Source: Amphiscolops sp. MND2022
Taxonomy: Eukaryota
Direction: 5' to 3'
Length of the DNA: 64,000 bases
Assembly: GCA_964187785.1 (NCBI GenBank)
Contig: OZ076414.1
Location: 29,946,001 to 30,010,000, forward strand
Under the pieces are notes generated by a model. It searched no databases and was not told the origin of the DNA. It was given only the letters and a program-made list of their open reading frames with translations. Of this stretch, positions 24,580 to 35,900 are shown piece by piece. The first letter of the stretch is position 1; each line of letters opens with the position of its first letter. The position numbers were made by a program, and so were the translations under genes.

Positions 24580-26821
24580 TTACATGTAATACAATGCAAC
24601 AGACGTCCACCTTACTCCAGGGTCAAAATCAGTAGTAGGGGATGGCGGGGTAGCAATATATCAGGCTGCTTCAGGTTGTTAGGCTGAAGGCACGGGCTAA
24701 CAGGCCAAACGAAGTAAATCTGCAATTTCGATAGTCCGGTGTCTGACGCGGGATGCTATCAGACTCAAAGCAGCAAACCGTTCTCTAGATTTCAACTCAC
24801 TTTGTGTGTCGCTAAAAAGACGCACACATCGGCCAAAGTAACCTTTTCGGCGGTTTAGTCATATCAAAAATCAATTTTGGTCATCTTTCATTTTTGGGGG
24901 CCTGACTAAGTGTTCAGCAAAACAATTTTTCCTACTTCGGTACTAAAGGTTCGTCAGAGTTACTTTTTCCCAGCACGACTCAGTCCTGGTTCCACCTTCT
25001 TGTCAATCATGACGAGTGGTTTTACTTCGTTTTCAATAGAATTTAAGGGGAGGTGTTATTGACTCAATTTTTCCCACTTGTAAGCACGAATTGAACTTCG
25101 GCTTACTGATTGACATTTGTACTTTTTGTCAGGTCGTTTTTGCACACGGCTCCTGACAACCCTCTTCAGCAAAATATGGCTCAAGGAAATTATTTCCAAC
25201 ACTTTACAATAATCTAAAAGGCTATTTTAATTCATACTCTAAAAAGTCGATTTTCGAGTTTCACATTTGAAGGGCAAAAACTAGATGTTTTGATCACGGG
25301 GGTTACAAGTACATCAATTGAAAGTACAATGAAAGGGCTACAAAAGCTCGCGACAAGGCCAAATTTCTATTTCGACATTTTCATAGTAAAAAACGCCCTT
25401 AAAATTTGGTAGTCAAAAATCACATAACAACTTTTGCACAAATCTCAACTTTGGAGGGTCCGTACTCTGTCAATTCGAAAGAAGCCGCCCGAGCTATTAG
25501 AAGTATTTTGCACTTTAGATGAAGTCTCTAGCTTGTTTCAACAACATTTGGTGACGCTTTTTCTGAAAGGGGTCATTTTTCGATTTCTGGTGACCTGACC
25601 ACCAATTTTAGATGTCAATATCTCAACACCGGGTCATTTTTCGGAGAAAACGTTTAAGCTAAAAGCTGTGCGTCAGACATGGTGCGTCTACGCTGAAGGT
25701 TTCAGCTCGATATCGCCCGAAACGTGCAGGGGAGGTTAGAATTTTGGTGAGTCGATTTCACAACTGACAACACAAATTCTCATCTTCCAAATCTTGGAGG
25801 TTCCTCGCTAGCGCGCCGCAGCACTCTATTTTTTTATTTCTTTCACTCGTCCACTTCAATTCTCAAGTACGCTGCGAAGGAGGTGGCTATTGTGCGCTAT
25901 TGTTCTAAGCGATAACCCGCGAAAAAGGGCTAATTAGGCTATTTTAGGGCCTTTTTTAACGTTTCGCTGGGTCAATTCTCAAACACTATTGATTTTTTTC
26001 CATTTACCACAAGATAGGACATTCATTTATTTTTGATTTAGGTCATATCCGAACTAATCCGGACATCTGTAGCGATCACAGGAATTTTTAAAGGAAACTC
26101 ATTTTTGGAGAATCATAAGAAATTTTAAAACAACTAAATTTCAAAGCTTCCCCCAAACATGTTCTCGTTGTTGCACGGAGCTCATATTCTCTACTTCAGC
26201 TCTCCTCTGGACGCGCTGTCGAATGCAGAAAACAATTTGTTGATATCTTTTTTCCTTGTCGAGAAATCACGTTTAGACTTTTACTCTGTATTAAGAGAGG
26301 AGATTATTCCAATGTGTGCGGCGGCCGTTTTCTAAATACCTATGCGTACAGCCACTCACTGCGCGTTCTCATTTTCATTCCTTTCGCTTTCTGCCACGCT
26401 TTGATGAGTGGTATTCATTTGCTCATACCGCACACTGCGGAGTTTCACTCTCGCTTACCCGCAAGTACATTTTTAACATAGCAATTTGATTACATTTCTG
26501 TTCACGGTACATTATGACTTGTAGAGTAATTTGTGTTGAAACTCGTTCCTCAAAATATCCTAATCGTTTACTCAACACGTAGTTAGGTCAAAAAAGGACC
26601 TTTACGTGGTTTAATTTTGCTTATATTCGCAATAGGTATCGAGAAATTCAATGTTAAAGTTTAGTTCAGATTAGAATTTTCTTACATAGGTTTAGGTGGT
26701 GGAGGCGGTGTTACTGCATTAATACGTTGTGCGGCCGCTTCAAAGCAGCTACGAATGGTTATTCTGATTGTCAACGGGACTAAAGACAGGTCTCCCCTCT
26801 ACTTTTGGAAGCATAAAAAAT

Positions 26822-27017
26822 TTGTGGTTTAGTGCGACACTCGAACCCACGATCTCCTTCTTCTCAGACCCCAGAAAATGCGGGTTAACCTCTCGGCCAA
26901 GAAGTTGAACAAATGAACAAAAAAAATGGACCGATCGCGTTAAACTGACGAAAAAAAAACAAAAAAATAAGCCACTGTAGGAGTCGTGCTTTTTCTTCGA
27001 AAACGCCGACTAAAAAA
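26822..27017 (-). mobile_element. Family C HINE head followed by a tRNA-derived A/B-box segment
   Basis: Minus strand: ttttttAGTCGGCG-ttttcgaagaaaaa-gcacgact head, then A-box TGGCCGAGAGGTTAA (26885-26899) and B-box GGTTCGAG (26840-26847). Confidence 0.6.
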
Positions 27018-27758
27018 GACCCTTTGTTGAAATGAAATTTTTTGCCATTTTTACGGAAAAAATGATTTAATTTCATTTTGAAAACAAACAACAGTTGAAC
27101 CCTGATTAAATGTGAACCGCCACCTCCTTCCTAGCAAGGCGTTGTATGATTCGGATATAACGTCAAAATAACGCACGTTATTTGGTGCGTTTTTTCGATG
27201 TACACGATTCAGTTGTTCCAGGAAAAAGTTTTGAATTTTTTCCGTAGATAACGAAAACTAATAAAACCTGACCATTAAGACAACTCTTTTGCTAGAAAGC
27301 ATCAGATATTCTTAATACTGTTTTTATTTTTAATTACACCTTTTTTATAAAATTTTCATGAAACTCAATTACAAGCCCTTTTTAAGGTTAGTAGAAGTGC
27401 ATTCATTTGTGATTAATTTTGCACCTTTTACTGCGTAGATTCGTTCTCGAGCGTTTAGATCAAACAATTAAAACTAACATTTGGAGACTAGTTCTCACTG
27501 CTAATATTTAATAGGAGGAGATTGATAAACCGAAGAACCCAATTTGATTGAACTTTCAGAAGCACGTGACTAAAAGAACAAGAGTAAAACATGAGACAGA
27601 GAATAGAACCAACAATTGCCATATTGAAAGACAAATTTCGACACATGCACGAATAAACAAGGTTCTTTTCTGTTCAACCACCAATTTGATTTGGAAATAA
27701 GTGAAACTATAAATATGGCTAAAATGACTAAAAACCAAATTAAAATCTTCAATTCTAT

Positions 27759-27991
27759 TGTTGCGTCGCAATAGGATCGAATTAAAAGTTTTATTTCGAC
27801 AAATATTCTCTTTGCTATCTCGAATTATTGAGTCATGATTTGTTCATGAATTTTAATGAATTGTTAAAATATTTGCGGGATTAATTTTTAGCTGATGATT
27901 CATTGTTGTTTCTCTTTCAGTTTAATTCACACTGACATCTCTTTGAAACTAACTTTTTCGAGATATAGAGACTGAAATCTATATTTCTTTA
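27759..27991 (+). repeat. BEL 5' LTR (TG...TA)
   Basis: Apparently identical to 36541-36773; ends TTTCTTTA directly before the PBS. Confidence 0.96.
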
Positions 27992-28614
27992 TGGTGGCCA
28001 TAGAGAGGCATCGTTGGGGTCTCTGATCATACTCACAACTGAGTCGTGCACTTCCTTCATCTGGGAGCGACTGTTCCAGTACTGGTAGTTCGTCGTCTCC
28101 CCTTCTTTCGTGATTTTCTCTTTCACGTCCAACAACCTGAGTTGAAGTTGGTTCAGCATGGTCATGCACCCATTGCCACCCACGGCAAAGACCCCCGTGA
28201 GGTCACCTCCCCTGGCGGCCGAGGTCAAGTAGAGGTCAGATGACTCAGCCAGCACAGGGGCAGCCGCGTTCCTGAACTTCTCCTCGAGGATAAGACACTT
28301 GACTTTGTTTTCGACCAACTGCTTCAGCTTGTTGCCCAGTGTCTTCAGTCGCGTCTGTCTGTTGTGGTACAAGTTCATATTTTCCACAGTCTGCGAGGCT
28401 CGCCGCTCTACTTCGTTCAATCGACTCAACAGAAGCTGCAGATGGTCCTTGAGTTCGGCAACGTCGTGGTTCTGATGGGATGTGATGGAGCATTTGTAGC
28501 AGATAGAAGTGAGACAGTTGGGGCTGTAGCAGAACAACTCCAGCTTCTTCTTGTGTTCGAAACAGCTCTGACTCTCTTCTATCTCCTTCTGTCGCAGCTT
28601 CTCTATTATCTGTG
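27989..28614 (-). CDS. Antisense TRIM-like B-box2 + coiled-coil exon inside the BEL leader
   Basis: Stop-free frame from ~28636 to 27989. Motif CFEHKKKLELFCYSPNCLTSICYKCSITSHQNH fits the B-box type 2 spacing and is followed by a heptad-rich helix. No ATG before the B-box. Poly-T/CTAAT/ttatag|cacag acceptor at 28615-28617 or 28610-28612. Confidence 0.75.
27992..28008 (+). promoter_or_regulatory. BEL primer-binding site (tRNA-Ile-like TGGTGGCC)
   Basis: TGGTGGCCATAGAGAGG abuts the 5' LTR. The tRNA identity is inferred from a GGCC acceptor stem with an A discriminator. Confidence 0.65.
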
Positions 28615-28844
28615 CTATAAAATTAGATATTTTGAGCTAGCAAGTCTTTGAAAAAAAAAAAATCAATTCCAGTCACAGTATTGAAATTTTCCGAACACGT
28701 TAAAACAAAAACTTTCGAGTGGTTGAATAGTAAAAAAAAAAACCACACGTTTTAGAAAATTCTCGAGTAGTTCAATTTGTGTTGTAAAAAGTGTTGTAAA
28801 AAAAAAAACTATCAGAAATTTTTGTATCGCATATCCTTGTTTCA

Positions 28845-29474
28845 ATGTCAAAAAAAAAAACACGCATGGTATTCATCTTAGCCGCTAGTTCTTTACACCA
28901 TGCTCTCGAAACCTTAACCCGCGAAGAACAAGAACAATTTAAAGAAAAAACCTATACAATCCCGGGCCTAAGTCTTAATCCGAACACGAAAAACCCCAAA
29001 AAGATTGTTCAAAATTTACTTTCGAAAGATCTGAAAGATAAAAAAGACATTGTAATTTGGCACGATGTATTGAACAATAGTATTTCGAAACATGATAGCA
29101 ACAATTTCCGTGCTTTATCAGTGTTAGATCTAATTATAACTTTGAAAAATCTTCAAGACAAGCTTTGTGCTCTGGTGTATTGCCAACGTAACCGCACTCC
29201 GTACATTTTCGAAGAATTGAAAGTTTTGCAAGCTGATCATGACATCAATGTGTTCAGTATCGTCAAAGATTTCATATCCGTGAAAAAACAAAAAGATCCC
29301 GAGATTCTTAAACAATTCAAGGCGTTGCATCAGAGCCCAGAGCTTGAGCTGAAGAATTTGGATTTTGTTCTCCGTAAAGAGAATCATCTCTCAGCAATAA
29401 CTGATAAAAGCCGCCCCAAACGACCAAGTAAGCGTGCCCGTAACGCTACTAAGAGAGCCGCTGCCTCATTTTAG
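28845..29474 (+). CDS. 209-aa accessory ORF, SGNH-hydrolase/esterase-like, with a basic C-terminal tail
   Basis: ATG-initiated intact ORF. Candidate SGNH blocks: FILAASSLHH (S), TIPGLS (G), IVIWHDVLNNSI (N), KALHQS (H). C-terminal KSRPKRPSKRAR. The ORF is solid; the fold call is by eye. Confidence 0.65.
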   Translation: MSKKKTRMVFILAASSLHHALETLTREEQEQFKEKTYTIPGLSLNPNTKNPKKIVQNLLSKDLKDKKDIVIWHDVLNNSISKHDSNNFRALSVLDLIITLKNLQDKLCALVYCQRNRTPYIFEELKVLQADHDINVFSIVKDFISVKKQKDPEILKQFKALHQSPELELKNLDFVLRKENHLSAITDKSRPKRPSKRARNATKRAAASF

Positions 29475-29900
29475 TCTCAGTAGGTAACCCACCACCGCTT
29501 CTTTCAGCTGTTGAGACAGTGTCCGAACTTCACTGATCGGTTGAAGTTTCTTCAGCTCTTCCTCCCATTTTCAGAGTTGTGTCCAGTCTTGACTGACTGG
29601 TTGATACTCTGACAAAACGTTTCGTCCCTCACCCGCACCACCGTCAACTGAGACCGCGTTTCTTCAACGCGACTTTGAGTTCATCGTGTTCCGTCCTCGT
29701 AGTCTGTGACTACTTTTAACTAAAAAAAAAACAATTCACCGGTTTTTTTTTGCTGAAGCACTGTACAAACACAGTGTTGTCACCGAAAAACAACGTTGTT
29801 TCTACTACCGAACTTTTTCATGAACTGTGTCCAAACTTAATTGTTTGGTTGACGTCTGAAAAAGTACAAACGCCCACCGATCCCCAATTTTTACAACGTC

Positions 29901-32900
29901 ATGTCTGACCCTATTCACGAGAAGGTGCAAAAGTTGTACGACAGTCGCGCGAAAGCCGAAGCCGACTTGAATAGATATCAAAACGACGTGACAGAAGCAG
30001 TAAATAATGCCGACAGACGCGTTCGCGTCGAACGGTTGGTCACTTCTTGCGAAGAGGCTATGACAAAAGCTTTCGCTAAGAACGAACAGCTACTCGAGCT
30101 TGCCAAGAAAACCAACGACCCGGCAACTGCAACAGCGGACTTAGAAAAATGGTTGAACGTCACGAGCATACAAAACGATGAAATTTTGAGACGTGCAAGG
30201 GAATATATCGATCGATGTCCCAAAACAGATAATTCTTCTCAAACTTCAGTCAAAGCTGCCACCGTGAAGACCAAGTCTAGCAAAGCTTCAAGCAGCAAAG
30301 TTTCGAAAACCTCAAGTCAGCGACAACGTGATTTGCTTATTGCCAAACACAAACGAGAAGAAGTTGAAAGGCAAAACGAAGCTGCTTTACGACTGGCTAA
30401 GCAAAAGCAAGAACTGGAACTAGAACAACTGCAAGAAGAGAACCGCAAACGACTTGCAGAAGCGCATCTAGTTGAACTTGAACTTCAAGATGACCCATCC
30501 GAAGCTAACGAGGAAGCTCATGAAACTCTTTCGCGGTTGAGCAGAACAACGGACGCTAGCGAAACACGCCGAGTTAGCGACTGGGTTAACAACTCGCCAA
30601 ATGTTCCTGCAACTAATCCAGAGACGGAAACCTTGGTAACTGCAAGTCTTGCGACTCCAATTAATAACCCAACTGTTTCGATACCATTCCAGCAACCTCC
30701 GATCAATGTTTCTCAGCCGTCTTTTGCACCAGGTGATGTGAACGAAACACACATGACAGTACATTTGCCGACAACTACCGCTCCAACAATGAGTTTGAAT
30801 CACACTCCTACAGTACAAATTCAGACTCCTCCATCGACAGCGCAAATCGTTGGAAACATTGTACCCTCAACATCGGCTGTCATAAGACAACAACCAGGTC
30901 AACAGACAACCGTCCCGAATCAAATTGGAAGTTTTGGTGCACACGTTTTACCGCCTCAACCGACAACACGGATGCCCACGTTCACAATGCCGGTGAACCA
31001 CATCCTCCCCAACTTGTCCGCATGGACCTTCCCGAACCCGGCCGTTACCACCGCACCGATTCCAACAACAATTCTACCCCCGACACAGCCGACGGCACCT
31101 ACCTTCATGCCGTTTCCTCACACGCCAACTCGTCCCGCTTCGACCGTACCCATTACCGCTGGTGGAACTGTTTATTATGTACCACCAGCAACCGTTACAA
31201 CGCCAATTGTGTACAGTACAGTAGCACAACCTACGACTTCTCTTAGTCCAACAGCCGCTACATTTGTGCCAGCCGGAACATCAACAACTATGCAACCAAG
31301 TACAACCGGATTCACGATACAAGATCTGGCCCTGTTGTTAGCTTCAACGAAGAAAGACCATTTGCCGGAGTGGAAACTAGCGCAATATGACGGCGACCCA
31401 ATTCAATGGTATGAATGGTTTGGCCAGTTCAAAAGTGCCATAGACTCAGCCCCACTCACAGATGACGTCAAGTTAACGTACCTCAAGACTCTTGTTACAG
31501 GCAAAGCAAAGACTGCTATCGCTGAATTTGCTTACTGCGGAGCGATGTATAGAGACGCCCTAAAGACACTAGAACGGAAGTTTGGACAGCCACAGGCTGT
31601 AGTAACTGCTTATCTGGAAAAGTTGGCAAACTTTCCACCTGTGAAGATGCACAACAGCGAGAGCATCATCAGTTACTCAGCGACAATCTGTTCTCTAGTT
31701 GGGGTCTTCCGATCGCTAAACTACGTCCAAGATCTGTCGAGTGCTTCACTGCTCGGCCAAGCGGTTCAAAAGCTTCCCCCGAACTTGAAAGAAGGATGGT
31801 CAATGCATACAGTGAAGCGGGATTTGAACCGACCGACTCTGATTGACTTCAATGATTGGCTGAAGGACAAAGCTGAAGCTCACGAGAGGATGAAAGCTGC
31901 TACTAGAAAACCAAAAGTTGAAGAAACTCCGACCGGAAACGTAACGAAAACCAAGACCAATTCTAAAGTGTTCGCTGCAACAACAACTTCCACTAAAAAT
32001 ACCATCGCAACCAAGCCGTCAACCCAGAAATTCCAAGTTAATTGTGTAGTTTGCAAAGATAAGCACCCGTTGTGGCGATGTCTAGTGTTCAGAAAGAAGA
32101 CTCCAACAGAACGAGCGAAAGTTGTTGCCGAGAACAAACTTTGTTTCTCATGCTTTAATGGACAACACTCTTTCCGCAATTGCCCACAACCTCGCAAATG
32201 CACCAAAGATGGCTGTGGAAGTACGCACAACACTTTGCTACATGGTGCAGAGAAGATTTTCCCGAGAAAATCTGAATCTGAGAAAGCGGGCAATGGTGAA
32301 GCAACTACTTGTAGCGTAACAACAGCGACCCAAAGGAAAAACGAGAAAAACGAAGTCACTTCATGCCTCCCTTCCGTCTCTGACGTAAAAGGATTGTTAC
32401 AAATAACGGAAGTGGAATTGCAAACTTCTGAGAAATCTGACAAGGTCTTAGTTTTGTGCGACTCAGCATGTAGTCATTCTTGGATTTCCTCTGAACTAGC
32501 TCGCAAACTTGACGTGCACGGCACGCCGACCAAATTGACTGTACACGGAATTAACTCCAATAAGGTTGTTGACACTCAAATGGTCGAGCTCAAGTTGACA
32601 CCGGTTCATTCGGGTGGCTCTTGCTCCTCCTTTACTGTCAAACCTTATGTGCGAGATCAAATGACTATTGGAAATGATGTAATTGACGTAGATGATTTGA
32701 AGACTCGCTATCCACACTTAGAACCAATCGCTCTTAGCAAGTACAGCTACAAAGATGTGAAAATGATTCTTGGTCAGGACGCCTTCCACGCTATCCGCCC
32801 ACTGGAGTATTTCGAATCCGACCGCCGAAATACCCCAGTTGCCGTCCGTTTACCGTTGGGCTGGGTACTGAGTGGACCTCTTCCGTCGACCACGGGTCTG

Positions 32901-35900
32901 TTTTCGACATGCTTTAAAGCTGTTACACAACAAGAACACGATTGTACACTCTCTGACCGACTCCGAAGCTGGTACGACATTGAGTCGTACGGCGCATACA
33001 AACAAGTGGATTCCCGTTCCGCAACCGACGCGAGAGCGACAAAGATACTTGATGAAACAACATACCACGATGGGTCCCGATACCAAGTGGGTAAGTTGTG
33101 GGCCGACGACGAAAGTTGTTTACCGAACAATTATTTTTCTGCACTTATTCAACTGAAATCGCTAGAGCGCCGTCTTCAAAAAGATGGTGATTTGAAAGCC
33201 AGTTACACGAAAACAATTAACGACGATTTCTCGAAAGGCTATATTGTTCAAGTGGACAAAACTGATTGTTTTAAAGTAGACCAGCCCCGGGAATGGTATT
33301 TACCGCACCATCCGGTCGTACATCCTCACAAACCTGGCAAAGTCCGTAGGGTTCTTAATGGTGCCGCAAAATTTCATGGTCAATCCTTGAACAGTGCTCT
33401 TCTAGCAGGACCAGATTTGCTGCAGAGCCTAATCCACATTCTTTTCCGTTTCCGTCAATATCCTTTTGCTGTATCTGCAGACATCGAAGGAATGTTTCTC
33501 CAAGTTGGAGTTATCCCACGTGACAGACCATCACTTCGATTTTTGTGGCGGGAGCACCCAGCAGCTGAGGTTGCTGTTTTCGAGTATGTTCGGCATATCT
33601 TCGGCTCTAAAGATTCGCCAACATGCGCTAACTACGCTCTGAAACGAACTGCCACAGATAACCAAGCCAACTTCCCAGATGCAGCACGAAGCGTTCATAA
33701 CAACTTTTACATGGACGATTACCTCGAATCAAGTCCAACAGCTATCGAAGCCTCAAACAAAGCGAAGGATCTTGTTAAAATGCTTGCTTTGGGAGAGTTT
33801 AAACTGACAAAGTTCGTGTCTAATGTACCAAGCATCCCCATCGAAGTAGATCCGAACAGCGACACCAGAACCACAGAAGAGAAAGAGATTCCGACTGCGG
33901 AGAAATTCTCGCACGTTCTTGGAATGAAATGGAATCACTCAACAGACACCCTAGTTGTTAGCAGAGGAACAAGTCCAAACACCGACCGAAAAGTCACTCA
34001 AAGGGTTGTTCTGAGTTTGGTATCCGCTGTATACGACCCAATTGGTCTCGTCGCGCCGTTCACCATCAAAGCGCGCCTGCTTTTGAAAGACATTTGGAGG
34101 CTCAGTGGCCAGCAGTGGGACGACAACTTGCCAGACGATATTGTAACAAAGTTCTTGGAATGGAGCAAAGAGTTGTCAAGTTTGAATGAAATTACCATAC
34201 CAAGAAGCTACTTCTGTCAAACGGTTGAAACAATTGAGCTGCACGTGTTTGGTGATAGCTCACAAGATGCTTTCGGCGCAGTCGCTTTCTTGCGAGGAAA
34301 ACTAGTAAATGACCACGATGTTGTGACACAGCTGGCTTTCGTCTTTGGAAAAGCAAGAGTGGCTCCTATGAAGGCACTAACTGTTCCAAAGTTGGAGCTA
34401 CAAGCCGCATTACTTGCAGCACGACTTCGCGCCGAAGTCCTCCGTGCACTGTCTTTGAAGATAGACAGAACTTTCATGTGGAGCGATAGTTCAACTGTGC
34501 TTCAGTGGTTAACTTCTTTGGAAAAGCAACCTACCTTTGTTGCGAACCGAGTATGCGAGATTCTAGAATTAACAACTGTCGATGAGTGGCACTACGTCCC
34601 TACAGCTCACAATCCGGCTGATGCGGGCACACGTGGAATGTCTGCAACTGATCTTTTGAACAGTTGTTGGCTGACAGGACCAGACTTTCTAAAAACATCC
34701 GACTTCCCTTTCAAACTCCCAGAAGAATTTGATCAAAAAGTGAAGCTCAACAAAGGCGCTGATTCCAATAAAGTTATCGAAACCAAAGAACATCAGTGTA
34801 CTACAATCACCGCAACAGTAACCGAAATTGCAACAACTTTCAAATGGCAGAAGTACAGTTCGTACGAGAAGCTTCTGCGCATTGTGGCTTACATGTTGCG
34901 ACTTCTTCCCAAGAACGAATCCAAGCGCACTGACACTGGATTTATTACAGACCCAACTGAACTCGACAATGCCCAACAGAGATTGTTCCATCTGGTACAA
35001 CTCGAGTCTTTTAACACCGAAAGGAAATGCTTGTTGAAGTCACTCCCCCTCAGCAAGTCTTCTAAAATTGTTGAATTTTCCCCTTTCATTGGACCTAATG
35101 GTTTACTGCGAGCTTCTGGTCGCACAAAACAGCTAGATGTTGCCTCGTTTGACATGAAACACCCAATTTTACTGGACAGCCGTCACCCCGCCGTACGCTT
35201 GTACTTAGAACAACTCCACGAAACGCATTGTCATCAGGGTGTCGACTACTTGAGGGCGTTGGTGCAGCAACAGTTCGCCATCGTCAAACTTAGAACCGCC
35301 CTGAGGTCAATTGTTTCCAACTGTGTCACTTGCCGCAAACGTCGAGCGGAAACCATCAACCCGATAATGTCAGATCTCCCTCGAGAAAGACTGGCGTTTA
35401 AAGCGCGTCCATTTACGAACACCGGAATTGATTATTTTGGTCCGTTTTACGTAGCGGTGAAAAGATCAACCGAAAAACGATGGGGATTCCTGTTCACCTG
35501 CTTAACTACCAGAGCTGTCCATTTTGAAGTTGTTCCGTCAATGGACACTAGTAGCTGTGTCATGGGAATCGAAAGATTCGCTGCCCGTCGGGGCGTCCCA
35601 TCAGTTTTGTGGTCTGACAATGGAACCAACTTTATCGCCAGCGAAAAGGAGTTGCTACAAAACGTGTCAGCGTGGAATCAACAGATTCTGTCTGAAGCTT
35701 TGGTCAAAAAACAGATACATTGGAAATTCAATCCCCCCAGTGCTCCTCACCACGGAGGTGTCTGGGAACGAATTGTCAGAAGCTTCAAACACGTCTTTTA
35801 CGCAATCCTTGGAAACCGTCGCCTAACTGACGAGATACTAACAACTACCTTCTGTCTAGTAGAGCAGAGTCTCAACTCTCGTCCACTGGTACCCGTTAGC

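Noticed and set aside
26830-26900. tRNA gene on the minus strand
   Set aside because: A and B boxes are present, but there is no closable acceptor or anticodon stem, and it sits inside a repeat head; treated as tRNA-derived.
29474-29900. Upstream RING exon or start exon for the antisense B-box ORF
   Set aside because: A GTGAG donor-like site exists near 29631 on the minus strand, but no RING motif or clean ATG-initiated frame leads to it.
31880-35629. Antisense ORFs over BEL gag-pol (e.g. 31880-32443)
   Set aside because: These are shadow ORFs of a long coding region with no independent motifs.
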